NCBI RefSeq assembly: GCF_963921235.1
Contig: NC_086097.1
Coordinates: forward strand, 153,824,001 to 153,888,000
Reading direction: 5' to 3'
DNA: 64,000 nt
DNA from: Mobula hypostoma
Taxonomy: Eukaryota
The notes beneath the pieces are model-generated. The model was not told where the DNA came from. It worked only from the letters and a program-made list of their open reading frames with translations, and did not search any database. Position numbers and translations under genes: made by a program. Positions 1 through 12,199 of this stretch are shown here, piece after piece. Within the stretch, counting starts at the first letter, position 1; each line of letters opens with the position of its first letter.

Positions 1-1655
1 CAGGGAAAAGCCTTCAGTGTTGTGAATTATGCTAGCATGCCATTTCTGGAGCTATTGAACTTCACAGTACACATTTTAGTCTATCTGATATGAATGGTGA
101 CACAAAATTCGTTTGCATTACTTATCCTAAAGAATCTAAATATTTTTTTTCGGAGAAGTGAAGCGGGGGAACAGAGACATGGAGAGAGAATTTATTGCTG
201 AAGAAAGTAAGTCTCAGAACAAATGTTTCTTTAAAAGCAGAATGGCAGTTTTTTGGCAAAAGGAGATTTCGGAATGACATAGCCTTTGCTACAAATGAAG
301 ATAGAGAAACCATATGGGAACAGATAGAGTCAGAGGTAATCACCAGTGAGAATAATAAATAAATAAGTTATCCTTCATGGGTCAAGAGTCCTTTTCTCAA
401 TGCAGTTTTCTCTCCTTCTGAACACCAACTGTGAGCCTGTCCTGTTAGCATTGAGCTGAAATGTCAAAAACATAAATGCCAATTTGTCTGTTATTTCAAC
501 AATGGTGTCAACCCTTTTATTAACACCTTATTTCATGGCAGTATTCAAAATTCCATGTTTTAACCTGTTAATGGGTTTGTTATTGGAAAAACAATGCAAT
601 TTCAGTGCATTTGCCTTTGACAAGGGGAAAGACATCTCTGGTTGCTTCCAGTATTTGTACAACACAGCAACAACTGTGCATTGTGCTCTGCCACGCATTG
701 AGATGAACAAAACCATAATTTCGAAGATGTGCATTTTGTAATCTTTTCGGTGTTTCTGAATACTCCATGAGATTGGAGGGTTTTTTTTTTGCCCTTTCTG
801 GACAATTATCCTGGATGAACCTTTTCAGACCTGTTTTTCGAATTCAGTCTCCACTTATAATACATTCAGATATGTTTTTCAGGCGACTCGAGGGGATAGT
901 GAATTATAATCCATGTAGGTCAGAAGCACTGGTTCTGGAGTAAATTGTTACTACTACTACTGAGGCAAATGAGTAAAATATGTGTTCCGGTGACATTCAT
1001 ATAAAAAAGTGATATTTTTCCTATTGTTCTGATTTCCCAATAATATTTCTGTAATGACCATCAAATTCCTACTATTCTCTTCCTGTCTGTTTGCGGGAAA
1101 CAATATCAACAGCTACTGAGACTTCATATGGACAGCCATAACAGCAATTTCCATTGGAGCATTTGTGTACTTATACGGATTCAAGCAGTTCCTGTGCTCC
1201 TGCAGAGCATAGTTCCACAAATTAATTTGGTAAGGAAAGAACCTCTTTGTTTCTGTACTTTGTCACACTTGAATGTGTATAGTAAGGTTGTCAAATTGTC
1301 CTGCTTCTCAAATTATCCCGTAGCTTTTGAATTTTGATCTTTGGCAAATGGGAAAAATGTTACCATACACATTAGATGTGCCTAACGCATAATGTTTCCT
1401 TTGTAAGTCATTGCATATTATACTGAGCTGAGAATCTTTTATTTTATGCATTTGAATTTAGTTCTATAATAGCATCTGTATCATGCATGTATTTCATTTG
1501 ACTAGGCTTCATAGAAAATATTTCTCCCTTTCTGATCCATCAGTTTTTCTCTGCTCTTGTTCATTGTTGGGTTATGATTTTGTAAATTTTGCCAGTTCTT
1601 AAGCTCCACAACTAAATAGCTCACTCATTTTTTTTAAAAGAAAAAGGAGTGTGAT

Positions 1656-2009
1656 TGTCAGGAAATGTAGAAGAGGTTTAACCCAAAATCAGAGCAGCTG
1701 AGATGATTTAGCAGCAAACAATAACTTTAATAATGGACTGCAAAATAACGAGCCAGAAGGGGGCCACAAAACAAGAGAGGACAGAAACTAATCATAACAG
1801 GCAACAAGGTACATTTTAGGCAGGGAGAGTGAAGGTTAGGAGCAACTCGTTATGGCAACAGGTTTGATGAGTGAACAAGGACTGTGGGTGAGGACTGGGG
1901 TAAAATAGGCTGCAGGCGATGAGTGTGGAGTGAGTGGCAGATGAATCCAATGAACTAGGTGGAACCTGGGAGGTGCAGGCTGGAAGTATCAGCAGGAGCA
2001 GACCTGACA
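1656..2009 (-). repeat. 3' LTR of the Gypsy element
   Basis: TGTCAGG at 1656 and CCTGACA ending at 2009; aligns by eye with 7230-8097; preceded on the minus strand by a degenerate purine tract (AGGGGTTGTCC). Confidence 0.9.
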
Positions 2010-3977
2010 GGACAACCCCTATACAGCTGGCCCCTGACAGACCAGGATGATCCAGATGGGTCTGGTGGAACTCATCGATGAACGGTAAATCCATGATGTA
2101 ACTGGACAGCACCTAAGACCTCTTTTCCAGTCCATATGCTTCCCAGTCAGCTAGGTGCTGCACACCCCATCCATGATGATGTGAATCTATGAACACTGGG
2201 CCACCTTCCACCATCCTAGGTTCTGGAGGTGCAGGCTCTCAAGCGGGTTGAGTGGTCCATAGGCAACAGGCTTGAGGGAGGACATGTGGAAGGTAGAGGT
2301 GATCCTGAGGGGTTGTGGCAACTGGCGATGACAGTGACTGGATTGATTGATGCAATGGGTGACCTTGAAGGGACCAAGGAACTCGGGTGAGAACTTGTGA
2401 GAGACAATGCACAGGGGCATATCTCGGGTGGACAGCCAGTCACGGTCCATGGGCTGGAGTAGTCTGTTTCGGCATGACCAGTGGTTGGCAAGATGGCAGT
2501 AGGCACAGTTGGCAGCAAGGAAGAACATCCATGCCCTCTTCCAGGCATTCAGGCAGCAACAAAACAAACCCATGGTGGATGTGATCTCCATCGTTGGCTC
2601 TTCTGCAGGGATAACATGGGTTGTTGGCCATGAAGCAATTCAAAGGCTGACATACCTGTGGCAGAGGAAGTGTGTAGATAGTGGGACAACTTTGCCCAGA
2701 GCAGATACTGCTTCCACGAACAAGCGTTAAAGGCAGCAAAACGTCACAGAAACATCTCCGCTTGCTGATTGGCTGTTTCTGACTGACCGTTGGTTTTCCG
2801 ATTACAACCAGAAGACCAACTCAAAGAGATGCAGAAGAGGGAGCGCAAGGCTCATCAGAAGCAGAGGATGATTTGTGGGCCCTGGTCCAACATTATGTCC
2901 TGAGAGAAACTGTGGAAGAAAACTGAATTTTGAAGAGCCAGGTCAATCGTCTCAGTGGCTGATGGAAGTTTGGGGAGAGCAATGTAAGTGGGCCACATTG
3001 GAGAATTGGTCCAGCACTGTCATGATCACCATGGCACTATAGGAAGGTGGCAAACCCTTGATTAATTCCATGGTGATGTGGGAATGTTGATCTCGAGAGA
3101 ACGGTAGGGGCCGCAGTAGCCCAGAGTATTGCTGATAGGGCACATTGAGGGCAGGCAGCGACAACCCAGTGCCTGCGACCAGAACCAGTGTCACAGAAAG
3201 TCCAGAGTTGGTCGTGTACCTGGATGACCAGAAAGGGATGAGGAGTGAGTCCAATGGGATGCACCAGAGCGCATGGTTACTGACATGTATAGTACATGTG
3301 GTTGGCTGGTGCATTGGCCAGAGCAGGCTTGTGTTGTAAGGCCTGGTGGATCTGGCTCTCAATGTTTCAGACATTTGGAGAGAATGGAATGATGGGCTTG
3401 GGGTCAGACTCTGTTTCAGCTGGTTCGAACTGTCACGGTAGAGCATCCGCCTTTGTGTTCTTAGAGCTGAGTCAGTAGGAAATAGTGAAGTTAAACTGTG
3501 CGAAGAAGAGTTGAACTTCAGTGAGCCTGACATGGTTTGGGTTGGTGGGTCTGTTGAATGGTTATGAGTTTCGGTCATCAGTCTAGATCACAAGGGACTC
3601 AGTGCTGCCCATCAGCTATTGTCTCTAATCCGCTGAGTCCCATGTAACAGCGAGTAGCTTACTGTTTCTACTCCATGACATTGTTGTGTAGGGTTGAACT
3701 TGGGTGAGATGAAAGCACCAGGGTGTGTCTTCCCGTCCAGTCCTCGCTGGGAAAGGTAGGTCCCGGTGTCCATGTTAGATGCATTTACCTCTGCTACAGA
3801 AAGGTCTGGAGGGATCTGGATGGTGGGGAATGAGAGCTGTGGTGAAATGTCCCCAGAGCTCCTCAAAATCATTGTCCCGAGCAGCAGACCAGATTATCCC
3901 TGAGGTTAGTGAGGGAGTTGAGGAGCACGGCAATTTGGCAGTAGTTTCTGATGAACCTGTGGTAGAAGTTGGGAAAG

Positions 3978-5112
3978 CTATTTTTTCCAGTCGAGATGGC
4001 ACCTGCGTACAACACTCCTTTGGTCAACATCTTCTGAATAGATCATGGAATTATTTTTTAACCTCTTTTATTTCCATTTGTTTCTCATCTTGAATGTGAT
4101 TCTGGAACTGTTGGAGACTGCGTTCTGCTGTTTGGAGATCATTCGGGAGATACTGTGCTCTGCAGCCTCCAAGATTTCAGGAGGCGGAGATATTGTGAGC
4201 GAACCTCATGGCGAGAAGGCTGCAGGATGGCACACGAGCCAATGTTTGACTCCATTTTGATAATTATAGCTTCTATGGTTTGCCGATTAAAGCAGTGAGG
4301 ATGACTGAAAAATCCAGGCGAATGCAGAAGTTTGGAGATTGTTTGGGTGTTCCAGCGCTCTGCAGTCTCCGAGAGGATTCTGTGAGGCAGAGTGAGCTGG
4401 CTGCAGGATGAGGGGATGAGCCGATGCTTGGCTCCATTTTGCCAATGAAAGCTTTCATAGTTCACCGACGAAAGCAACGAGAGCAATTGAAGCATCGAAG
4501 CAAATGCAGAGGGAGAGAACTGACAGCCTGTCTTTTGATCACTTTGCCATACTACCAGAGAGGGGCAAGCCTGCCTTTGTGGAGAGTATTGCCCAGGTTT
4601 TTTTTTCTGTATTTTGGATGTGGACTTGGACTATTAAATCCTTTTTTAATCTTGTAGATCTTATATTCTGTGCTTTTTCACACAATCTTCTCGTTTTTTT
4701 TAGCGGGGTGGGAGATTTGGAGGTCAATGTGTCAGATCCTTTCTGTTTTTTTTGTGTGGGAGGAGCAACTGGGGGGTTGGTCAATGTGCCTGATCTATTT
4801 TGTTTGTTTTTAATGCAGGAGGAGGGATTTGGGGGGTTGAAGTGGCTGGTCCATTTGTGCAGGGGGGGGGAGAGATTACGGGGTCGATGTGCCTTATCTG
4901 TTTTGTTTGTTTTTTTGTGTGGGAGGGGGGATTTAGTGGAGTCGGTCAATGTGTCTGTTCTGTTTTTGTCCTTGTTTTTTCACAGGGCAGTGTGATTTGG
5001 GGGATGGATGACCATGCTGCTTTTCCTTTCTCTCTTGGTTTCATGTCTATCAGAGAATTGAAGAATTTCAGAGTGGTGTACTTTGATAATAAAATGAAGC
5101 TTTGAACCTCTG
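3978..5112 (+). mobile_element. Non-coding non-LTR retroelement (Rex1/Babar-like ends) nested in the Gypsy RT
   Basis: Interrupts Gypsy RT between KQLQHL and NFYHRF. Starts near GAGATGGCACC, ends TTTGATAATAAAATGAAGCTTTGAAC. Its 3' half recurs at 27643-28102. Ends approximate. Confidence 0.7.
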
Positions 5113-7229
5113 AATAAGTGCTGTAGCTGTTTGAGGCTGTGTGGTTTGGGTCATTCAGTGACAGCATATACCTTCTCTGGGTCCATGGTTAGGTCCTGGG
5201 ATGAAAGGACATAACCCAGGAAGGAAATGACTGGTGTGTGGAACTGGCATTTTTCCAACTAGCAGTACAGTTGGTTTTTGAGAAGACACTGAACAAATGA
5301 ACTGATGTAACAGAACTGATCTTGGGGTTTCTTAGAGAAGATGAGGATGTCATCGATGTAAATGAATGTATACCTGTGTAGCATGTCTCAAAGGATCTCA
5401 TTATTGAAGGCTTGTAAAATGGCTGGAGTGTCGGAAAGTCTGAAGGCATCACCAAGTATTCATTGTGGCCAATGAGTGTTATGAACTTCATTTCCACTCA
5501 GCCCACTGGTGGATGCTGATCAGGTTGTACACATTCCATAGATCCGGTTTGGTGAAGATCTGGGCCCCACAGAGTGTCAAGGGGAAAGGGTAATGGTTCT
5601 TAATGGTGATCTTGTTGCATACATAGTAGTCAGTGCAGAGACAAAGGCACTATCTTTTTTTTTACCAAAGAAGAATCCTGCACTGGCCGGAGACTGGGAT
5701 GCGTGAGCCAAGCCACACTGTAGTTCTTTGGGGTTGTAGTCATTTATGGGTTGGGTCTCAAAGGAGAGAGAGAGAACAACTGGCCTCGGGGAGGGGTAGT
5801 GCCTGAGAGGAGGCTGATGGCACTGTTGTGTGGTCTGTGAGGTGGCAGGGTGCTGGCTTTCCTTTTACTGAAGGCAATTGTTCAGTCATGATATTCCTGC
5901 GGGAGTTTGGTAAGGTCGAGGGTTTCCCCCGTCTCTGTGGATTTATGGGGTGAAGTCAACTGAGGTTGTAGGCAGGTAATCCGGCAGGTGGGTCCCCAAA
6001 TCAGCAGTGGATGACAAGACAAACTGGGGCTTGGGAGTGGAGAGCCAAGGGTAACCCAAAATGAGAGGAAAGTTAGGTGGCCTGTCAGGAGGAATTATAT
6101 GGACTCATGGTGCTCTCTGATGCTCATTTGCACAGGACGTGTGCACACCCTAACTGTCCCAGACACAAAGGCACATCCATCAATGGCCATGATGTTGGAG
6201 GGGTGAGAAAAAGGTTTATAGGAAACCCAAGCTGCACACAGAGTTCAAACCATGTAGAGCCAATGAAGTGTAGAGGAAGATAGGGAGAGCAAGATGGGCT
6301 ATGGTGCTGGCACAAGGGGCCTGGGAGAGCTTGCCAGATAGGAAGACCGTCGTCTCTACCTGGAGGCGCGGTTTCCCATACACAATGCGCATTGATGTCT
6401 TAGTAGTCGGCTGCTCCACAATAGCCGCGTAAGTTGTTTCTCCACCGATGCTCACACCCTTGGGGAATTAAGGAAGCTCTCCATCACTGCCTGGATTCGG
6501 AAGGCATTGCTGAAGAAGGACCTGCAGCCAGAAATGTTTCTGGAAATGGAACTAGGGATCTGGATGATTATTAGGAGGGTCGTTCCATAAGTCACTTGTC
6601 AATGCAGAGAGCCAAAGTGATGAGGTCTTTGAGGTCGGTGGGCATCTCCTGAGTATGCAGCTCATCTTTCAAGCGCTCCGAACGGCCATGATGGTAATGT
6701 GAAAGCGGTGCTTCAACATTCCTGCCATGCTCCACCGCAATGGTCCTGAATTCAACTGTGTAACCCAGCACAGAGCGTGAGCCTTTGCTCAGACAAAGTA
6801 TCAGATATGCTACCTCCCTTCCGTTTCTCAAATGGTCGAAAACCCGACGCATCTTAGTAGCGAAATCCTCCTATTTTTTGCAAATGGCGCCTTTATTGTC
6901 CCAGGTCATATTTTGCCCAGTCTTGAGAGCGAAGACGCAGGCAATCTTGGCCTGGTCTATGTAATACAGAGTTCACTGGAGGTCAAAGTGTAAAATGCAC
7001 TGGGAAAGGAAGTGGCGGCACCAGGTTGGAGATCTGTCGAATTGTTCGGCCACGGGAATCCAGAGCTGAGAGGGAGGAGGCTGGCTGGCACGGAGTTGCT
7101 GCACTGAGACAAAGAGTTGGATGAGCATGGCCAGCAAGTCGTCAGTGGTTTCCTGCTACTCCTGGATCATGTATTCGCATCGGCCTATGATCTCCTTTAA
7201 ATAAACATACTCTGCTGGTTCACTTATCC

Positions 7230-8097
7230 TGTCAGGAAATGTAGAGGAGGCTTGACTCAAAAGTAGAGCAGTGGAGACGCCTTAAGGCTGATTTATACTT
7301 CTGTGTTAACTCGACGCCGTAACCTACACAAGTGACCTACGCGCGTTGTGAGCATTTATACCTGTGCGTTGGTGTGTCTGCGTTGCTCTGCAATTCGCGT
7401 ACGTCACGCATGCGCACAAACCTGCCCATGCAAGGCTTCATGGTCGTGGTAGACTTTCTCAGGGTAAACAAGAAGCGAGCATCTTTTTTCCTAAAAGCGA
7501 AATGTGTCCTCCATAATTTTGGAGGTCTGTAAAGCCTTATGGAAAACATTGCAGCCGGAGTTCCTTCCCTGCCCTTCAGTTACCCAATGGGAAGCTATTG
7601 CAGCGTAGGAGGAAATGCGATGCTACCAAGCAGACCAGTCACAACTGTTGCGTTCTGCATTGCTGCGACGCGTAGTTACATTTTGGGAGAGGTGCATGTC
7701 AGGCTACGGCTTAGGGATCCGCGTAGATTTCACGGTGATGCCATACCTACGGCGTGGAGTTGACGCAGAAGTATAAATCAGCCTTTAGAAGTAAACAATA
7801 ATTTTAATAATAGACTGCAATATAACAAGCCACAAGGGGCCACCGAACAAGAGGGAACAGAAGCTAAACACAATAGATAATAAGGTTAACTTTAGGGGGA
7901 GAGAGTAAAGGCTAGGAGCAACTGATTGAGGCTGGCTGGCTCAAAGAGTGGACAACGACTGGGAAAGAGAACTGGGGTTAAATATACTGCAGGTAATGAG
8001 TGTGAAATGAGCGGCGGGTGAATCCTATTAGTTGGGTGAATACTGGGTGATGCCTACATATGCAAGCTGGGAGATATCAGTGAGAGCAGGCCTGACA
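7230..8097 (-). repeat. 5' LTR of the Gypsy element, interrupted by a MITE
   Basis: TGTCAGGAAATGTAGA at 7230 and CCTGACA ending at 8097; matches 1656-2009 once 7285-7787 is removed. Confidence 0.9.
7285..7784. mobile_element. 500-bp PIF/Harbinger-type MITE
   Basis: TIR AGGCTGATTTATACTTCTG perfect for 19 bp and extending to ~37 bp with 3 mismatches. TTA on both sides (7282-7284, 7785-7787); a single TTA at the matching site of the other LTR. Confidence 0.9.
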
Positions 8098-8949
8098 GTG
8101 GTCCTTTCATTCAAGTGAAGGGAGATATATAGATAACACTTTATCTTAAGAATACCAGAATGTGGAGTTTGCTATCGTAAGGAATAGTTGACATTGCTCG
8201 TTGAAGATTCATTTTTGAAGATATCAGCTGAAGACTGGGAGGAAATGGAATAGAGGGCTTGTGTGGAGCATAAAAGCATACATGGATCATTTGGGCAGAA
8301 TGGCCTGTTTCTCTGTTATGTAATTCCATGTTTAATGTTGCTCTTGCCTTGCGTTTTTAAACATTTACTTCTTCTCCGGCGTTTTTTCCCAAACTTCATG
8401 TATTTTGAGATCCAACATAGCTCCAAATTTGTGTCTAGCTGGCACCTTTTCTCAGTGGACAGCCTGGAAACTGAATGCAGGACTTCTTATAAGCATAGGA
8501 GGCAATGAACCAGCAGGGTATCTAAGTTTCCTAGTACAAGCAAATCGGGCAAATCCTACTTCAGGTAGTTCTGACCTTGACATCTGTTTACATCACTGGT
8601 TTTAAAGCAACAACATTCACACCTCATGATACTTTATACATGATGCTCTCATTAATCAAATATGACTCAATGAGGCACAAACTTAGAAATAATTTTCAGC
8701 AAATATATAAAATAGAAAAAAATAATAACACAGCCTGAAAGAAACTGACTGACAGTCAGTCAATCCAGTACTTCTATATCACCACTGTAACATTTGTTCT
8801 TTATCATTCGCCTGGATTTCTCCCTCTTGGGATTTTGTTGAATAATCCAAATGACTGTGTTAGCTGTGGCCCATGTTTTCCCTATCCAAATCGTACAACA
8901 TGTATTACCAGTTACCACACAGCATCCACTAACAAAATGGACTAAAGGC

Positions 8950-9215
8950 AAAGGTTAGCTTTATTTGTCATAGGTACATCAAAACATTGAAAAAATACAA
9001 TGAAATGTTGTTTTGTGTCAACGACCAGCAGAGTCCAAGGGTGCAGCCTGCAAGTGTCATCATGACTCTATCACCAACACAGCATGCCCAGAGATTACTA
9101 ACCCTAAACCATATTTCTTTGGAATGTGGGAGGAAACTAGAGCACCCAGAGGAAATCCATGTGGTCATGAGGAAAACATACAAACTCCTCACAGATAGTG
9201 ACAGGAGCAGTGATC
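8950..9215 (-). mobile_element. V-domain SINE remnant (HE1/DANA-like core)
   Basis: TTTGGAATGTGGGAGGAAACTAGAGCACCCAGAGGAAATCC...CAAACTCC core; similar to the copy at 28650-28943. Confidence 0.75.
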
Positions 9216-9477
9216 AATAGTGCTATAAAGTTTTACACTACCATCTGACCTTGAACATATATAACGCCTTTACCCCAATGTAAAGTTTAATTTATATTGG
9301 TGTATTGACACTGCCGTGTCTACTTTCCAGCGATCTACTTAAAAATAGTCCTCTGCTATAACAAAAATAAATCAAGGTTGGGAATACAACTATGTTCCTT
9401 TAAAATCAACATTATTTTTCCACCAAAATGCTACATCTGGTTGATAGCTATATACAGTATATTAAGTACATAACACA

Positions 9478-9785
9478 ACGTGGCCAAGTGGTTAAGGCAT
9501 TGGACTAGCGACCTGAAGGTCGTGAGTTCAAGCCCCAGCCGAGGCAACATGTTGTGTCCTTGAGCAAGGCACCTAATCACACATTGCTCTGCGACGACAC
9601 TGGTGCCAAGCTGTATGGGTCCCAATGCCCTTCACTTGGACAACATTGGTAGCATGGAGAGGGGAGACTTGCAGCATGGGCAACTGCTGGTCTTCCATAC
9701 AACCTTGCCCAGGCCTGCGCCCTGGAGAGTGAAGACTTTCCAGGTGCAGATCCATGGTCTCGCAAGACTAACGGATGCCTTTACC
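9478..9785 (+). mobile_element. tRNA-derived SINE with CORE-like segment
   Basis: Pol III A box TGGCCAAGTGG (9481) and B box GTTCAAGCC (9526), then GTGTCCTTGAGCAAGGCACCTAA (CORE-like) and a tail ending GACTAACGGATGCCT. Confidence 0.8.
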
Positions 9786-10087
9786 GTTAGGTAACAGTAC
9801 AGCTTCAGAAAACTTACGGCGCTAGAGTTACTCAGTTATTTTCACTTTAGTTTAGAATTCTGTTATTAAAATATTCCTTCATTAGTCCCCCTTCACCAAA
9901 TGCCCTGCAGACTTGCACATATTTCCTCTGTTTAGTATCCAAAGATGTCAATATTTTTATATTACTTGACACAAATGAATGCTAATAACTTGTCGGCCTT
10001 GAAAGCACGTTCCTTACTTTATTCTACATGTATATGGGCTTTGATCAAGGTCATTGGTTAGTAAACAGCTTTTGCTAGCTTTCACAT

Positions 10088-10300
10088 GTAAAATGCTGGC
10101 GGAACTCAGCAGGTCAGGCAGCATCTTTGGAAAAGAATAAACCATCGACATTTTGGGCCGAGACCCTCACTTCAGAAGTGAGAAGAAAGAGGGAAGACGC
10201 CAGAACAAAAAGATGGGGAGGGAGGGAAAGGAGGCTAGCTGGAAGGTGATAGGTAAAGCCAGGTTGGTGGGTAAGGTCAAGGGCCGGAGAAGAAAGAAAA
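10088..10300 (-). repeat. Penelope-like element 3' terminal repeat fragment
   Basis: AAATGCTGGCGGAACTCAGCAGGTCAGGCAGCATC motif, shared with the ends of the GIY-YIG-coding copies at 24170-25478 and 43107-44095. Confidence 0.75.
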
Positions 10301-12199
10301 TTTTTTGAATCAAAGTTGCTATTACCGATTTACCTTTGCTCATTATTATTAGTCACACCAGTTTAAATTTTCGGTACTTTCAATATCGGTGGGTGGTGCA
10401 CTTAAAATCAGAGCCATTGAGCTTGATGGTGGAAGGGCAAAGCCTTGTTCTAAATTACATCAGTTCTCCAGAAATGCATCCACTCACATCATAAGAGAAT
10501 GTCTACTCATCCTGTGAACTTTGTTTAAGCCTTCATTTTTTCAACTCTCTGAACACCTTTCCTGTGAAGAGTAATTACTCCAGATACAGACCTGTCCTGT
10601 CATCAACATAATTGCTTGAAGCATTCCCTTCATGGGAGAAAGCAATCTTGACAAATGCCTTCAGAACCAGAATGCTAAGCATACTGCTTATAGTCTGCCT
10701 TCTGCTCTATGGAGGAGAGCAGGTGCAGATTGTCTGCATTCCTCTTGCAAGAATGATGTTGATTATCTTGGGGCCTGTTGATTCTCACTTAGTGCTTCTT
10801 TCCTTCCCTCCCACACTATTCCAAATGACCTCGGTGCAAAAATCAGCAACTGCAGAGCTAATTTCACCATTACACTCGTCCATCAAAGGGAGTGCTGGCC
10901 AGGAAATCACTCTGATATGTGACTGCATTTTCTGAACAGCTGTTTGAACAGCTGTTTATGTGTTGTTGACAGTGCTGCAAAAATTCATTCTGCAGTGTAA
11001 ATGGAGCAAATTTCACAGTATCGGTTGTTGCTGCATATTACAGAATCATTACTAATTGCAACAATTCCCTAATATAGTGTAAGGGAACATTACAGCATGG
11101 GATTTATCGAGTAGTTTTGCAGACCTCTCAGTAATGCTTTCGTCAATTTCATGGAAGTATTTTTTTTGGAATGTAGTGACTTGTTAGATTTATAAACATA
11201 GCAGACATATTGGATCTAGTAAGAACCTACAAAGTTAATTTTTATTGAATTTGTAATAATATAAGAGACTATGCAACCCATGCCAGCTCCCAGCTGAGCA
11301 AATCCTTCAGTTCTAGTTCCCACTCTTTTCCTATAACTTATTCTTTTTCACATGCCATCAATTTCCTTTTCATTCTTTTTCCATTGGTCCACACTATTGT
11401 AGATAAGCAACACCATTAGGAATACACTTAGCAACATTAAGTATACCAGAGTCATACAGAGTCAGACAGATCACACCACAGCCAACTGGAGCTGTGAACC
11501 AGCAGCACCAATTGTATCTACTGACAATCAAAAGAATTTGGTGGTATGTCAAAGCTTCAAATATTCATTTATTAAGAATGCATGTATCCATATACAACTC
11601 TGAAATTTGGCTTCTCCAGACAAAGAAAGAACATGAAAGTCATTGTTCAGGTGGGAAATGTTAGCCAGGATACCTGAAGCACTCCTGTTGCTTCTGCATA
11701 TAATGACATGAGAATTTTAAAATAGGCTTAAATTTCCAGAAAAAGCACACAGAGTTGTGATCTAACATCTCAGTCTGTACCTGCAAGAATGCAACACTTC
11801 ATTAACACTGTACTAGCCAATGGTAAAGTGCTATCACAATCTACATAACAAAGGTACCAATTATTATTATTACTATAAAAGATGAATAAGAACCAGAGAC
11901 AAATCTAAGCAAAAGTCTTAAGAAATTGGGAAGTATGAACCTCTGGTGAAAAGGTCTGGGACTGCAGTGTGGCAGAGAGGTGTAATCATAGAAGATAAAA
12001 ATTTCACTAATGGTGGATGGAAGTGGTGAAAGAGGGGACTTGTCAACTAAAGCAGCATTGTAAGTTGCTCCCACCCACCAAATGCCTGATTTCCAGTACC
12101 TGAGAAGCCTGTGGATTAAGTATTGTATAGCTTAGGAGGAACACAGACATTAAAGACATGATTATACCAGGCAGTGAGGCATTCAGGTCACAGCCTCAC

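Larger units (their letters stand above)
1656..8097 (-). mobile_element. Full-length decayed Ty3/Gypsy LTR retrotransposon, chromovirus (sushi-like) type
   Basis: Two similar LTRs (TGTCAGG...CCTGACA). Flanks GTGAT (1651-1655) and GTGGT (8098-8102) form a near-perfect 5-bp TSD. Minus-strand remnants in Gypsy order: gag (ORF 6592-6852, VFDH...YTVEFRTIA...LKDEL), RT (GHNEYLVMP ~5450; FLGYVLS..MDPEKV ~5170-5225; NFYHRFIRNY ~3935-3970), RNase H (EVNASNMDTGTYLSQR), integrase (GLLRPLP..HSHITMELIKGLPPS..VLDQFS), chromodomain (HLADWEAYGLEKRS* ~2110-2160). Many stops and frameshifts. Confidence 0.93.

Noticed and set aside
4700..5005. Repeat units as a possible CRISPR array
   Set aside because: Units are degenerate and contiguous with no unique spacers, no cas genes are present, and the context is eukaryotic.
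6592..6852. Domesticated PEG10/RTL1-like gag gene
   Set aside because: Short fragment inside an LTR-bounded element full of stops and frameshifts; no sign of preservation.
9478..9550. Possible tRNA gene
   Set aside because: A and B boxes are present, but there is no clear acceptor stem or T-run terminator and the sequence runs into a SINE body.
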